The notes below the pieces were generated by a model. That model was not told the origin of the DNA. It did not search any database and saw nothing but the letters and a program-made list of their open reading frames with translations. A program made the position numbers and the translations under genes. This document shows, one piece after another, positions 11,601 through 25,900 of a stretch of DNA of 64,000 nucleotides (its first letter is position 1; each line of letters starts with the position of its first letter). This stretch comes from Bugula neritina (lineage: Eukaryota; Animalia; Bryozoa): contig OZ037769.1 of NCBI GenBank assembly GCA_964035545.1, forward strand, positions 4,321,929 to 4,385,928, given 5' to 3'.

Positions 11601-14600
11601 TTAGGTATAAAATGTTTCACTCATTTAAATTTTTATGATAGTATAACATGGACTCAGAATAAAAATCAGTTACCCAAGTAATTTATACATCTTATTACTT
11701 CAATAGAAATTTTATTTTAGCATAGAACTATTATGGATATATATTATGAGCTAATTTCAACAATATTTATAATATAATAATATAACATATTTACCAGGAT
11801 ATCTATGTCTAGTTTCTCTAAGGCCTTCACCTCTTCCTGTAACATTCAAGCAATAATCATACATTGCAAAATTTGGCAAATTATGTACCCAAATACTTAG
11901 TTAATAAAATAATATATATAACATAGCTATGTATTATTGTACATAATTATATTAACAATTATTTAATGAATATAACTAAATAATTTTTCAACAAACAAAA
12001 AGCATTAAAGAGATTTTGAGAATGATAAATTTATATATAGTATATAGAACCGTATTTAAATATTTGTGTAAATATATAGCTGTTGTATTGTATGTTGACT
12101 GTTATTTTATAATTGAAATAATTAAATTATTTTGTAACAAACATAACATATTATAGATGCTTTAAGATAATATTATCATTTTGATATTATATAATACTGT
12201 TTGCTATTTATAGTAATAGATTTTTCTTGTATACTAGTAAATCTCAACACTTGGTGCAAGTACATGATTCTAACAAATGCACACATTAATACATCAACAA
12301 ATACATAATTACCAATAATTATTCGGTGAATATTCCTCTCAGGTTCACCTTCATCTTCTCTTCCTGCATTCAAACAATATGTTTTTTACAACCAAATCCA
12401 AGCTCTGCTCTTATAAAATAATTATTTCGAGAAATTTACATATTGAAATGTACATATACAATATATACCTACATTTGTTGATATATTATAAGTACAATTC
12501 ACTTACCTCGCATGCGGCGGTCAACAATTTCTTCACTCTCTTCACCTCTTCCTAAATTTAAACAATATTAATATCATTTTCAACAAAATCGACAAACTAT
12601 GTATTCAAATAGTGCTTACATTAAAAATTGAAAAATTTTATTTCATCAACTCAATAGTTCTTGCAAAAACTTAAGATTTTGGAATGAGAAACTACCAAAT
12701 CAAAAAAATATATATAAAATATATCATCAGATCTCAAAATGGTGTGTAACTATAAAATACTAAGAAATGTATCTATTGAAATATAGTTATTATATAATAC
12801 TTACCTTGCATTTCATGGTCATATTCTTTCTCAGATTCTTCTCTTCTTCCTATATTTGAACAACAATGATAATTATCCAAATTTGATAATTCAAGTAATC
12901 AAATAATTTGTATATATTATGTTAATAAATACGCTACTGTATATTATCAATTCAATAAAATATTTAATACATTATAGAATGTTTCTATTTCATATAATTA
13001 AATATATTTGATTGAGCATTGAAAAAAGGACATATTACTGCTGTTTCTATACAACATAGTTACGGGGATAAGGGCGTCTATCTTCTTTAGATTCTTTCCC
13101 TCTTCCTGGGTTTCAACAGCAAGCAAATTTTATCAGTACTTACAACTTAAGGTATAAAATATTTTACACATTTATAGTTTCATGGTAGTATAATATTAAT
13201 TTAAAATAAAAAAATAGTTACCCAAGTAATTTTTACATCTTATTACTTCAAAAACAATTTCATTTTACTTAAACTATTATGGGTATATATTATGAGCTAA
13301 TTTCAACAATATTTATAATATAATAATATAGCATATTTACCAGGATATCTATGTCTAGTTTCTCTAAGGCCTTCACCTCTTCCTGTAACATTCAAGCAAT
13401 AATAATAAATCACAAAAGCTGGCAATTTATGTACCTAAATATTTATTTCATAAATATGCGGTTGTAACATTGTGTAGCATAATTTAACAATTTTTTTATT
13501 GATATGACTAAATGCTTTTGTAATAAACATAACATATTATAAATACTTTAAGATAATATTATCATTTTGATATTATATAACACTGCTTGTTATTTATAGT
13601 AATACATTTTTCTTGTATATTATTAAATCTCAACACTTGGTGCAAGTACATGATTCTAACAAATGCAACCATTAATACGTCAACAAATACATAATTACCA
13701 ATAATAATTCGGTGAATATTCCTCTCAGGTTCACCTTCATCTTCTCTTTCTGCATTCAAACAATATTTAAATGTTTAAAAAAATAACACATTGATTGCTC
13801 ACACACTCAATTCGTTAATAACTGCATTGTTTTATTTCAACAATTCATCAGCTTTTCAAAACACTTATATCTTGTCTACACTACTGAGCAAATGAATAAT
13901 TCACAATTCAAGACCATTTTTAACAATAAGTCAAGACGTTTAGAGTGGCAAATTGCTCTTGTGTATAGGCAAGTCTCTACACTCTGTGTAAATATATGAA
14001 TCTGAGAAATGCTGATATTATTATGCATGTAAGTATTTTAGTATATGATATTTACCTCGCATTATGGGCTCATTATTTGCTTCAGAGTCGTCACCTCTTT
14101 CTACATTTAAACAAAAGCAACGTCTTATCAAAATTGACAAGGTAGTCAACCAAATATTTATACAATAATGAATACATAGTACTGAATACTACAAAAAAAA
14201 TGAAGTAAAGTGTTATATATAGTGTGCTTTTTAAATAATGTCATAATAAGTTTATATCAAAAATCTTTGTTGCCATGCTTTAAAAAACACAATAAACTAA
14301 AGCTTGTATATTAAAAGATGCATAATATGTTGTATAGAGCTTAGCCTAAATACTGTTTATGTATAAACAGTCTAGTGACTGCTTATAAGTGATGATGGGT
14401 AGCCAATATAAATGATACAACCTGTCAGTGACTACATATACCAACAGATTATGAACTGAATACCAAAACTATCTGTGAATTTAATACCACAAAACAAACT
14501 CACACACCAATATGTAAGTGGAAAATACTTACCTCTCATGCGGCGGCCATAATTTTCTTCATTTCTTTCACCTCTTCCTAAATTTGACCAAAAATATCAA

Positions 14601-16058
14601 AACTTGCAAAACTTAACTTTGAGAATTTCACAATTGATTTTCAAAAACCTCATGCATTGATGATTTTATTATTCTATTTCATTGATTTAATAACAATTTT
14701 AACTTCACAAACCTGTACTGAACATAAGCTAATGCAGGTAAATTATTGATTTAAAAAATTGTAGATTTTGGTGTTTCTATTTAACACACTTACCAGGATA
14801 AGGGTATCCATTTTCTCCAGATGCTTCACCAGTTTCTGTAAAATGAATTTACCAGAATTTACAAATCAGGTCATGAAATAGCTGATACATTTTGAGTTAT
14901 GTAATGGTATTTTTTCAATGTACTACAATATATTTTTAGCTATTATATGAATTATATAGCTAGAGCTGCTATTGTTATAATCTGAAAATTAAATAATGGA
15001 ATATTTAACAAATTTAAGCGTTTTCAATTCAAGAGTTGCCACAGAATTGTTTAGTATTATATGCATGATCATCTATATAATAAATATTATCATAATTATT
15101 AAAAAAAATTCCTATTAAAAATTTCATCCAAAATTTAAGCAAATCCCAACACTCTGTGTAAATTATATATAATTTTGACAGAAGCACATATTCAAAGGTA
15201 AGTACCATGTATTATTTACATGTAAGTACAACTTACCTCGCATTCTGCCGTAAACACCTCTTTCTTCTGCTTCACCACTTCCTATATTTAAAAGATACTC
15301 AAGAATTATCACAACTTTAAAACAGTTCATACATGTAAAAATTCTTTACTCTACATTGAGAGATAGGTAAAGTAGTGAAGAAATTAAGAAAAGCCTGTGT
15401 TGTTGATAAAAAATTTAGCAAAAGAAATTATATTCTTGCAAATATTTTAACCAACGCCCCAAAGCAAAATTTCATAAAATAATTAAATAACTTAGGCTAT
15501 GTAAATTTCTTTTCTACTGCTCTTTAATGCATTTTAATAGTATTTTTGACATACTATTGCCATATTTATTTTTTGTAGTTGGCAATAAGTAATACTGCAT
15601 CACATTTAAAGAAATATCATTCATATGTACTTTTGTATAACAAAATATAATAACAAAAAAATATATAACAAAATATAATTTTATAATGCATTTCTAATTA
15701 CAATATATATTAATAACAAATACCAAATTATTAAAACTTACCGGCAAACAAGGCAACTGCACATAATGCTATGATCAGTCTTACAGACACTGAAAATAGA
15801 TATCACAGTTATTAAAATTTATTGCGTATGCTGAGGAAACCAAATAAGAAGCGTTTTAACTTATAGCTTGTTATCTAATTGTTGAAAACAAAATGCTTTC
15901 TTTCTGATGAAGCCCATGCAAAATAGTTTTTTCAAAAGTTTCAAGTGTGAAGATATTAAAGGAAATTCTAGATAGATCAACAATAATTTTGAACTAAATA
16001 TATTTACTCCAGTTAAACAGCAAGATATATATATAGTGAAGAATATATACTTACACAT
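8641..16058 (-). CDS. Gene C: secreted Gly/Arg/Glu-rich repeat protein built from ~18 intact symmetric mini-exons, ~308 aa; Cys domain truncated
   Basis: Exons (5'->3'): 16055-16058, 15742-15789 (MLSVRLIIALCAVALFAG), 15237-15281, 14794-14835, 14533-14577, 14056-14100, 13699-13749, 13341-13382, 13064-13105, 12805-12849, 12507-12551, 12313-12363, 11795-11836, 11518-11559, 11263-11307, 11071-11112, [10830-10874 donor AT], 10530-10574, 9962-10006, 9594-9635, [9413-9418 degenerate], 9038-9091, 8641-8705 (DSESILMKLFQMILRGKLRDI*). All intact cassette exons are phase 1-1, 42-54 nt, multiples of 3, stop-free and AG/GT-bounded. Examples: GRGERNEENYGRRMR, GRGEGLRETRHRYP, GRREESEEEYDREMR. Confidence 0.82.
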
Positions 16059-16143
16059 TCTGATTTTTAAACTCTTTGTCTTCTAAGATTTGAGAAACAC
16101 TCCTCTTTCTGAAGAAGTATGAAACATTCAACGAATCCATTCA

Positions 16144-16545
16144 CTTATATACAAAAACTTGAAAAAAATTATTTTTAGCCATCTGATGAAATTTCTATGA
16201 TCTCAGATTATTGATAAATAATTTGGAGGACAAAATACAGACCAGCTGCTAAATACTAATTATTTTATGATAAATCACAGACAATAGTACGTATTTTATT
16301 TTATATGGAATATTAGATACTGTGCTGTATATTAAATAATGCAACTGTTATATATTCATAATACTAGTATCATTGTTTGCCAGCTGTGTATCTTTGTTTG
16401 CCTACAATGTCTTAGAGCCTAGACTATAAGTATAACAGCACATGTTTCATAGCCAGCTGTCTACTTTTTATTTGTCTGCATGATAAAATTGTGGAAGTTG
16501 ATAATTAGTTCAGCGATACTAGAAGCTTGAACTAATACCATTTGA
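16144..16545 (-). promoter_or_regulatory. Putative promoter of gene C: TATA (TATATAAG, 16144-16151) and three CAGCTG E-boxes (16243, 16381, 16454)
   Basis: The 5'UTR and upstream blocks align with the region upstream of gene B (33735-34290). Confidence 0.6.
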
Positions 16546-17175
16546 TAATAGGATTATACTTTAGACTATTGTTATTATAGCTGTTATGTAATAACTACTG
16601 TGGCATTATACTGCCAGCACAAAAAAAAATTTGCAAACTTTTTCCCCTATATAGACTCGAACTACGAAAAGATAAAAGAAGTTTTAAAACTCGATGTGGT
16701 TTATAGAAACAACAGAGGTACCAGTACGAATCATTCAAAGTAGCTTATAGTTTGAAGTACATTGAGACAGACTGCTAGAAGAGTTAATGGGGACACAGAA
16801 TTGCTATGCTTCAGCATTCGACTATGGTATCTGGACAAATAAAAAATGATAAATCTCAAGTTGCATCAATCGCATGATATGCCTTTGGTAGGTTAAGACA
16901 TTATGTCTACATTTATTAGACGGGAAATAAAATAAACTAATCATGTTTGTTTGTCCAAGTTAAGAACTGCATAGTATGTTCCTTTATCAAGATTTAGGGG
17001 GGGCAGAAAAAGTACTGCTTCTTTACCGTGGGTGTACCAGTCCAACCTTGCCATCCTTTATAACGCAACAAATTGCTAAAGCCCTGTGAAGCCTATTAAA
17101 AGTTGCTTCACATTAGCTGGTGAAAAAAGCATCAAATCATATATCATAGAAATTAATTTTAAACTTAGAATTGCC

Positions 17176-17245
17176 CCCACCCAGATTCAGGCCACAGACC
17201 TTTGGTTTACTGCAAGCAGTCGCGCTAACCAATTACACCACAGGG
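17176..17245 (-). mobile_element. Degenerate tRNA-like SINE head
   Basis: The minus strand shows gtggtgtaattggttagcgcg (A-box-like) followed by a degenerate T-arm (ggcctgaatctggg). It is not a clean cloverleaf. Confidence 0.45.
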
Positions 17246-18380
17246 ACTACTGGGTAAACTCAAAACTATATCCCACCCAGCTCTCTAAACTCTATTGACT
17301 CTTCTACTACTCCTTCAGTCTTTAGGCTTTTCTGGCTTCTCAACTCTCAAAGAGTACTACTATTTTACTAAAAGCCAAAGTAGCTTGTAAAATATTTGCC
17401 CCTACTTGGATTTGAACTGCAAATTTTTGGCATGCTATCTCACAACAAATGCTATTTGGTAATCTCCACACTACCATACTGTTTACACCTAATTATTTCT
17501 GGTTCCAGACTAAAACAACTATAACTACTAGTTTTTCTCAACTTACTCTAGCACTTTTACTGCCGTGTAGATTATCTCAAATGCCTCCCTATAAAAAAGA
17601 TACAAAATGAGGTTCTGTTAAAATGAACAGGTACCCATTCCTTGCAAATTTTCAGGCCAAGTATTTACTATCCTCATTTTAGACACCCTACGTAATGGTA
17701 TGTATTATTTGCTCCACAAAGTTGCGAACAAGCACCTCTAGAATCTAAAATCTATGCGAATGGAGTGATCATTGTGAGTGCACTGTACAATCAGTATAGC
17801 TAAGAATTTATGTACACTTGCTAAATTATAGGGCAAAACCTTTACCTATCCCTATAATCAAAGAATCAGTTGGAAATGAGGCTTTAACTGTTTATTATGG
17901 TAAATATATTTCATTTTGTGCGGAACATTTAAGCTGGTTAAATAGTACAAAGTAGGTGAAAAACAACATACATAAAATATAGCTTTAGAATATATAGCTG
18001 AAAGCTTTTTATGGCTTTTCCATTAATAGCTGATATAGCTACATTAATACAATACAATATATCACATCAGCTATCATTTCCAAAAGGCTGCACATGAGAG
18101 TCCTAGATTCAAAAACTCTTAACAAATAAATTAATTTGTTAATCTTGGTGAAATTATTTTAGATTATTACTAAACAACTTAAATCAGTATAGTTTTTCTG
18201 CAAGCCATGCAAACCAGTTTCATTTCAGATAGCCAACTTTCAATTAGACGACCATCAATATTTCACTTAGACGCCCCCAACTGGACTATACTTCTATTTA
18301 AATGACTTCTTTAAAAACATTTGGAATTAAAAATTAATTATATTTGATACTAATAAGTTGCATTTATTTTGATTTTATGT

Positions 18381-18450
18381 GCATAGGTGTTTAACTGAAG
18401 CCATGCATAGGTGTTTAACTGAAGCCATGCATGGTGTTTAACTGAAGCCA
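18381..18450. repeat. Short minisatellite, 3 copies of ~24-nt gcataggtgtttaactgaagccat
   Basis: Directly visible tandem copies. Confidence 0.85.
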
Positions 18451-19097
18451 TATGCATAACATGACTCATTGAAGCCATTGCTCTAACAGTTTACTGAAGT
18501 CATGTTATCCATAAGATGTCTATTTTCTTAAATGATATAATATAATAGAATTTTATTAACTATTTTTCTACATTACATACATTCAATTTAAAATTTTGAA
18601 GTAGTCAAAGGTATTTTAATATATATATCATCTGCACACATATTTGATAGCAATATCTAGGGTCATCTCACTGGAAATATAGCCTATCTAGATTGACATC
18701 TGCAAAGCATTCCAAAAACTTGAATTATATTGATAGCTATTTTTATTCTGAAAACTGCTAAAAGTAAAATTGCGTCATAAAAAATTAAAGATTTCATTAT
18801 TTTACTCTTTTTTAGATTTTTAAAAAGTCCCACTCAAAGTTTTCATATTCAATAAATTTAATTTAGACAAAAAGCATGCAAATGCAATGCCAGTTGTATA
18901 GAGTTATGATTTGAAGTAAACATTGAATCAGTATTGGTCATGTATGTTTGTTTACGTTATATTTCAGCAACACGCAAACTTAAAGAGCTAAAAAATTTGA
19001 AGTGATAACTATTAAGGATAACATAACTTTATATAGAATGTTATTGTGTTTCTGTTAACATATATATTTCTGGTATATATATGTAATTATGCATGTA

Positions 19098-19510
<413 letters not shown>

Positions 19511-19937
19511 GATATTACCAGAAAGCAACAGTTTGCATTACTTATGTGTTATACATTGCTTTTGCATTTTGCTAAAATATACTGTTAGGTAGTTGTTTGG
19601 TATATAGTGCTACATGTATACAATACTGATCAAACTATTTAAACCAATGCAGTTTCATATAACCTACGTGATCAACAAGTCAACAGTGTTAATGCAATGA
19701 AATTTATTTGAAATAAGTTCAAATTAGTAACATGACAAAAATTTTAATAAAAGAGTTGTTTTAAATATGTAATTGATATTTTCAAGTCTATTAGATTTAA
19801 GTTAAAATAAGAGAGTTTAATCTCAACTATTTTGTTTGCAATTAAAAATATGGTTTTGAAGGGGGTTTGGGGTGATTTAATAACAATATTTTAGTCAAGC
19901 TGCCACAATTAGCCTACAGGTATATTAATAAGAATTA

Positions 19938-22900
19938 TTATTTTTTGTAAATGGAGCAGTGGGAAGGTAAAACAAGTTTCTCATTGACATAATACTGATT
20001 ATAATGACAGACACTTGGGAATACTTTTTCCATAACCAACTCCCGCATCTCCTCAGCCAATGAACATCCTCTCTCAGCTTTGAGAAAGCATCTATTTGCC
20101 AAGTACTTTTTTTCACTAAAATAAAAGATTTAATAGAAAAGATTAGAATTAATTAAACATAATATTAACAACAGTCTATATTCATGGTATATGGCATATG
20201 CACCCAATAGCACATTCTTTATGAAAGCATTTCACAGGATGTTACAATTAGGCCGAAACCTTTTTGATATATATAGTGTGTTAAACAATCTCCGTAAGAT
20301 TGCACTCATTTCATTGCAAAATCCTATGTAATAAATTAATGAAAATTAAAATCAAACCTACAATGAAATGGGTGTAATATTATAGATTTACATGTACATA
20401 AAACTTAGATCATGTGAGAAGGTTATATTGTAAACTTCTATTGCAAAAAATATGTATCAAAGCACACAATGCTTTTCTGATAATTTATTACTTTAAAGTT
20501 AAAATCTTAAGAAGAATAAACACTTTTTTTAACTACAGCCAAAGCATTGTTTGATAAGAGAATGAAAGATATCAATTATTTTAAAATGTTGAGGTTTTTA
20601 GCCAAGTTGATTGGATGTGAAAAATGTTAAAGGTTAAGACAAAATCTATGTACTAATTAATTAGGTAGATAACATCGTAAGAGACATTATAGTCAGCATA
20701 TAACTACACATCTACAATAAAGATCAGGTAACTAGAAACTCTTACCACATAAGTGTAGTTCCACTTTTGTCAAACAGATTCCGGAGGCAACTTGAGAGTT
20801 TTCCACATCCTACAATGCGCAAATAAACAGTCCAGATCTTTCGAATTATGTTGACTTCAATTTTTTTTCAGAACAAGTTTTAAAAATCAACATAATATCG
20901 AAAAGCTGTTGCTTACCATATTGAGGGAATTCGATGCCTCTGCAGTTTGAGGCAAACAGATCTACATACTGAATTTCTTGAAACATTTTTTGGACAGGAT
21001 CTTTAACAACACAGTCACTAAGAGCTTCTTGCACAAGTTTTCTGGCACTGAAAAAATTAATACAATATACATGGATGCTACAAAGAATCTGAAAAGTCAA
21101 TTATATCATTTTAAAAAGATGAAAACAAGATTGAATCTTAGATACTTAACAAAAGTTGGTCTTGTTAAGTGTTCTTTGCTATATATCAACATAAAGTACA
21201 TTGGAATTTAGATAATAAGATTTATACAGTATAATAGAAAGCAGCCGTGGTCTAGGGGTTAAAGCGTTTACGGGGGCATGGATTCGAGCCCGGACAAAGG
21301 CCATTGGTATTGTTAGGAAAGGCATTCAGACATAAATTACTCCCGTGCCTCATTTAAAAAACTCCTTTGCCCGTTTTAACAAAAAACCTTCCATCAGGGG
21401 TTTCTCACAGGGATAGCGACTATAATAAATTTGCATGAGTTTTTATAATAGAAAACATGTTAAAAAACAGAGGAATACATGTTTTACTTACAAACCTTAG
21501 ACAATCATAATGACTTCTTGTCAGAACCAATTGTCTAAATCGGCAGAACGTGTTGGCCAGGTTGCTTTCACAAACTACAAAACATTACCATACATTAAAA
21601 ATACTATAAAAAATGTAGAGTTAACCAAATAAATTTTGTTAGAAAAGCTATAGATTTATTGCATGCAGTCATAAATAATAGCTGCATGAATATTGCATGT
21701 ATATTATTTAATAAGTATGATTGTTAGCTAAATTACATAAAAAAATGTATTTATATTCATATTTTAGATTGATACTGGTATAATAACTGCACATGATAAT
21801 ATTACTTAGTAACTGAATATATAAAAATTATTTAATGAAAATTAATGTTACCTGTTAATTCAAGTACAAGAAACAAATACATATTATATTGAAATGTATA
21901 AATACAACATATTTACCAGAAGTCCCATAACTGTATTCATCAATTTCAACACTTCCTGCAAACAAACAATAACGAACTTTTAAAGATGCAAGTAAATAAC
22001 TATTCCATACAGTCATAGAAACGTTGTTAAAAATCAATTATATATAACCTTGATAGAATTGTATAGCTTTTTATCAATTTTTCAATTAATGTAGTTTAAT
22101 TCTGCTTTAAAGTAGAAAATTTTAGTAGAAACTCTGTTAATGAAAAACTTATATGACATAATTAGATGCTGTATATAGCGACATATGAGCAACTCTGAAA
22201 ATTGCATATAATATTGATATGTAAGTTTGATGTACTTACTACGTTTTCTGCTATAAGTTTCTTTACTTTCTTTACTTTTTCCTACAATCAAACAATGATG
22301 AATCATTTATATTAATATGGGAAGACAATGTTTTATTATATAAAATAGGATCTACATATTATGTTTGAACTAGTTTCAATTCTAATAAAAGCACAAACTT
22401 ATTCCAAAGTAGATTTCATACATACCCTGTTTTTTGCTTTTATTTTTTCTATTTCCTTTGCCTTTTCCTGCATTTTAAAAGCAACAAAATTTTACAGAAA
22501 TTCACAAATCAAACACTCAACTCGATCATCTAATATATAAAAATATTTTTGTGGTAAGATATTGCTTTAATAAATTTTAAAAAATATAGCATATGAGCAA
22601 TATTAGAAAAATTATGGATTTATGCTGCTTTAAAAAGCCACAATAAAATATTTGAATAAATAGCAGCTTTATGCTGTGTATATGTGCACGTACCATGGCT
22701 TTTGCCCATGTGTTTTCTTTTCCCTTTACCTTTACCTTTTCCTTTTCCTGCATTCAAGCAATAATACAATTTTACCCAAACTCACAAATTAAGTGCCCCA
22801 TGAAAATAGCTCATGCATTTCTTGATCTGATTACTTTATGTTACCGATTAAACAATATTTATAGTATTTGATCAAGTTTATAATAAATATTATAATTTTA

Positions 22901-25900
22901 TTTAAATTTTCTTTAACAAACACAATGAAAATTAAGCACTAACAAAAGCATGCAAGATTATGTTATCAGATTTTAATATTGTGTGTTAATTCATCACTCT
23001 GTCAAGCACACAAATTTTTATACAAACCTAAACTACTCACCATGTTTTTTCTTATTATCTTCTTCACTTTTTTCAACACTTCCTGTAATTAAATAACAAT
23101 AATATTTTACTAAAACTGGCTCATCAAGTAATAAATATAATATACACACAAATTCATAGGTATGGTATATTATTAGGTCAATATACTCTAAACGATGTGG
23201 TTACTGTATCAGCTGATAATTGTTGCTGCGTCAGCACGGGTGCTGTTTGGCACGGATGCCTATGTATTGTGATTCACTTAATGAAGGATGAATAGATGGA
23301 GGACACAGAAGCAGGCCACAACTCTATTTTTGTCTATTGCCAACAGTATATTTTATAAGACAGACTTAGACTTGAGCTCACATTCATATTTAGACTCACA
23401 CTCATACTTAAACTGTAACCTATAATTGTGAAAATTACAAACATATTGTTAACTTAACATTAATTACATAACTGACAAAACATTTAGTCAATGAAGTTTA
23501 AAACAAAAGATAATATAACACTTGATACTTACAATTATTTTGACAATTAGGAATAGATTGCCTGCATCTTTAGCAGGAGGAAAATTGAGCTACACTGACT
23601 CATCGAACAAAAACTGTCAGTAAATAGCTATCGCGAAAGCTTTCACATATAGCTTTTGTTACACAATGGTTTTTGGAAAGCTGCCAAAAAGCTACTGCAA
23701 CAATGTGTATAGTATATCTGATCATGTCTATATTATTCAATTTACTTAAATTGGTTGCTTGAAAAACCAAAATTAACTAATTACTATAATTTATATTAAG
23801 TTTGATGAACTTACTACGTTTTCTGTTATAAGTTTCTTCTTTGCTTTCTTCTTCACTTTCTTCATTTTTTCCTACAATCATGCAAGCAATAAAGTTATTT
23901 ACCAAAACTTATAAATTAAGTACAAGAATAGCTCAATAAAATTAAATAGCTACATTGCAAGTATATTATCAAGTAAAATATTATTATATAAAAATTATAG
24001 CTCAGTACCACATTTATAAGAATTAATATCATTGAATTAAAGACATTATTAGAAACAAGTTTATATGGTATATTAATATATATATGGCTAGATCTATTTA
24101 TAAATACTATACGTTTAAAGTTCCAAATTAAAAAAAAACACATAATGATATGTAAGTACAGTTTATACTTACCCTGCTTTTTGCCAACATGACTTCCTTT
24201 ACCTTTTCCTGCATTCAAGCAACAATAAAACTTACCCTAACTAACATATTAAGTATATCCATGCATGCAAATAGGTATCATCATTATATATAGTAACTAT
24301 CAAAATTTTTTATCATCATTTGAACAAAATCTATCAAATTTTGTAATGGGTTATTAAATTTGTTATAAATATAACTAAATGTCACAATTAAGAATTAATA
24401 AAATCAGACTAATATGATATATAAGGACATCACCATAAATATGACAAATGCACATGTTGATTTATATCTAGAACATTCCTACCAGGCTTTTTGTCCATCT
24501 TGTTATTGTCTCCTTTACCCTTCCCTAAATTCAAATAACAATACATTTTTCACCAACTCAAACACCAAATAAGTCATCATGCATTTAAACAGATTGCTAT
24601 GGTATATAATTTGTTAAAGTATCAATAGCACATAACATAAACATAAACTTGAATAATATTTTTTAACAAATAGACTACAATAAATAAAGACTTTAATACA
24701 AAAGCAACTTTTTATCTTATGTTAAGAAAATATCTCAATATTATATGTATGAAGCCCTCAGTTTGACAAAAACTACATACAATTGATATGAGAGTACAGT
24801 TCATGCTCACCATGCTTTTTGTTCATGTTCTTTTTATTTCCTTTACCTTTTCCTGCATTCAAGGAATAATAAAGTTTTACCAAAACTAACAAATTGAATA
24901 CTCATGCGCATAATTCGAGCATTATTCGATATAATAATATTGCATATTATCAACTCAAAAATGTGTAAAAGTGACAATATAAGTTATACAGTAATTATAC
25001 ACTGCTTTAACAACTACAAAAAATCTTCAATAGAAAAAAAATTATACAAGAAAATCTTAATATTCTGTGTAAATATCAATTCTGCCAAGTGTACATATTG
25101 ATAAATAAGTAATATATACTCACCATGCTTTTTGTGGTGGTTCTTTCTATTTCCTTTGCTTTTTCCTGTGATCAAACAATGGCAGAAGATATTAGAGATA
25201 AAAGAGAATTAAAACCAGAAAAACTATTTCTCATTTAGGCATTATATAATTGATTTTTGCTGACTTTCATTGCATGCTTGTTATTCTTCACTTTTGTAGC
25301 AAATTATTATTATTGACACTACTCACTAAAATCGTTTAAATGTTTAAAACTCGAACACTAAGTAAACTGCTATAAGTAAACAATGTCTATATAATTACCA
25401 TGCTTTTTGCCCACATTTTTCCTATCTGCTTTGCCTTTTCCTATAACATTCAAACAATCATAAAAATTTACTAGATTTAACAAACCAAGTAGCCTACTTG
25501 TGCAAATAGTTCATACATTATTAGATAAATAAATTCTTTAATATTATATATTTATTGAAATATATAAAATCTTTACTATATTATCAAGCTTATAAAAAGT
25601 ATAATTGGATATTGATTAGACAACCACAATTAAAAAGAATAAATTTAATAAAAGCAAATTATTAGTGTATTATATAAGCAAATCTCAATACTTTGTGCAA
25701 ATGCATAATTTTAACAAATGTACGTACTAATTAGTAAGTGTAACATACTTACCATGTTTTTGGGGATGATTTCTTTTAGCTGCTCCACCTTTTTCTGCAA
25801 TCAGCCAATAGGAAAAATAAAATAGTTCAATAATCAAGGCAGATAACTACATGAATTTTAGCAAGTTTATAACAACAGGTCTTAATATATATTCTCAATC

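Noticed and set aside
20204-20323. Candidate extra exon in the last intron of gene B (and 3965-4046 in gene A)
   Set aside because: Both contain stops in all usable frames. Direct splicing of the 64-nt exon to the last exon restores the conserved split Cys codon in both genes.
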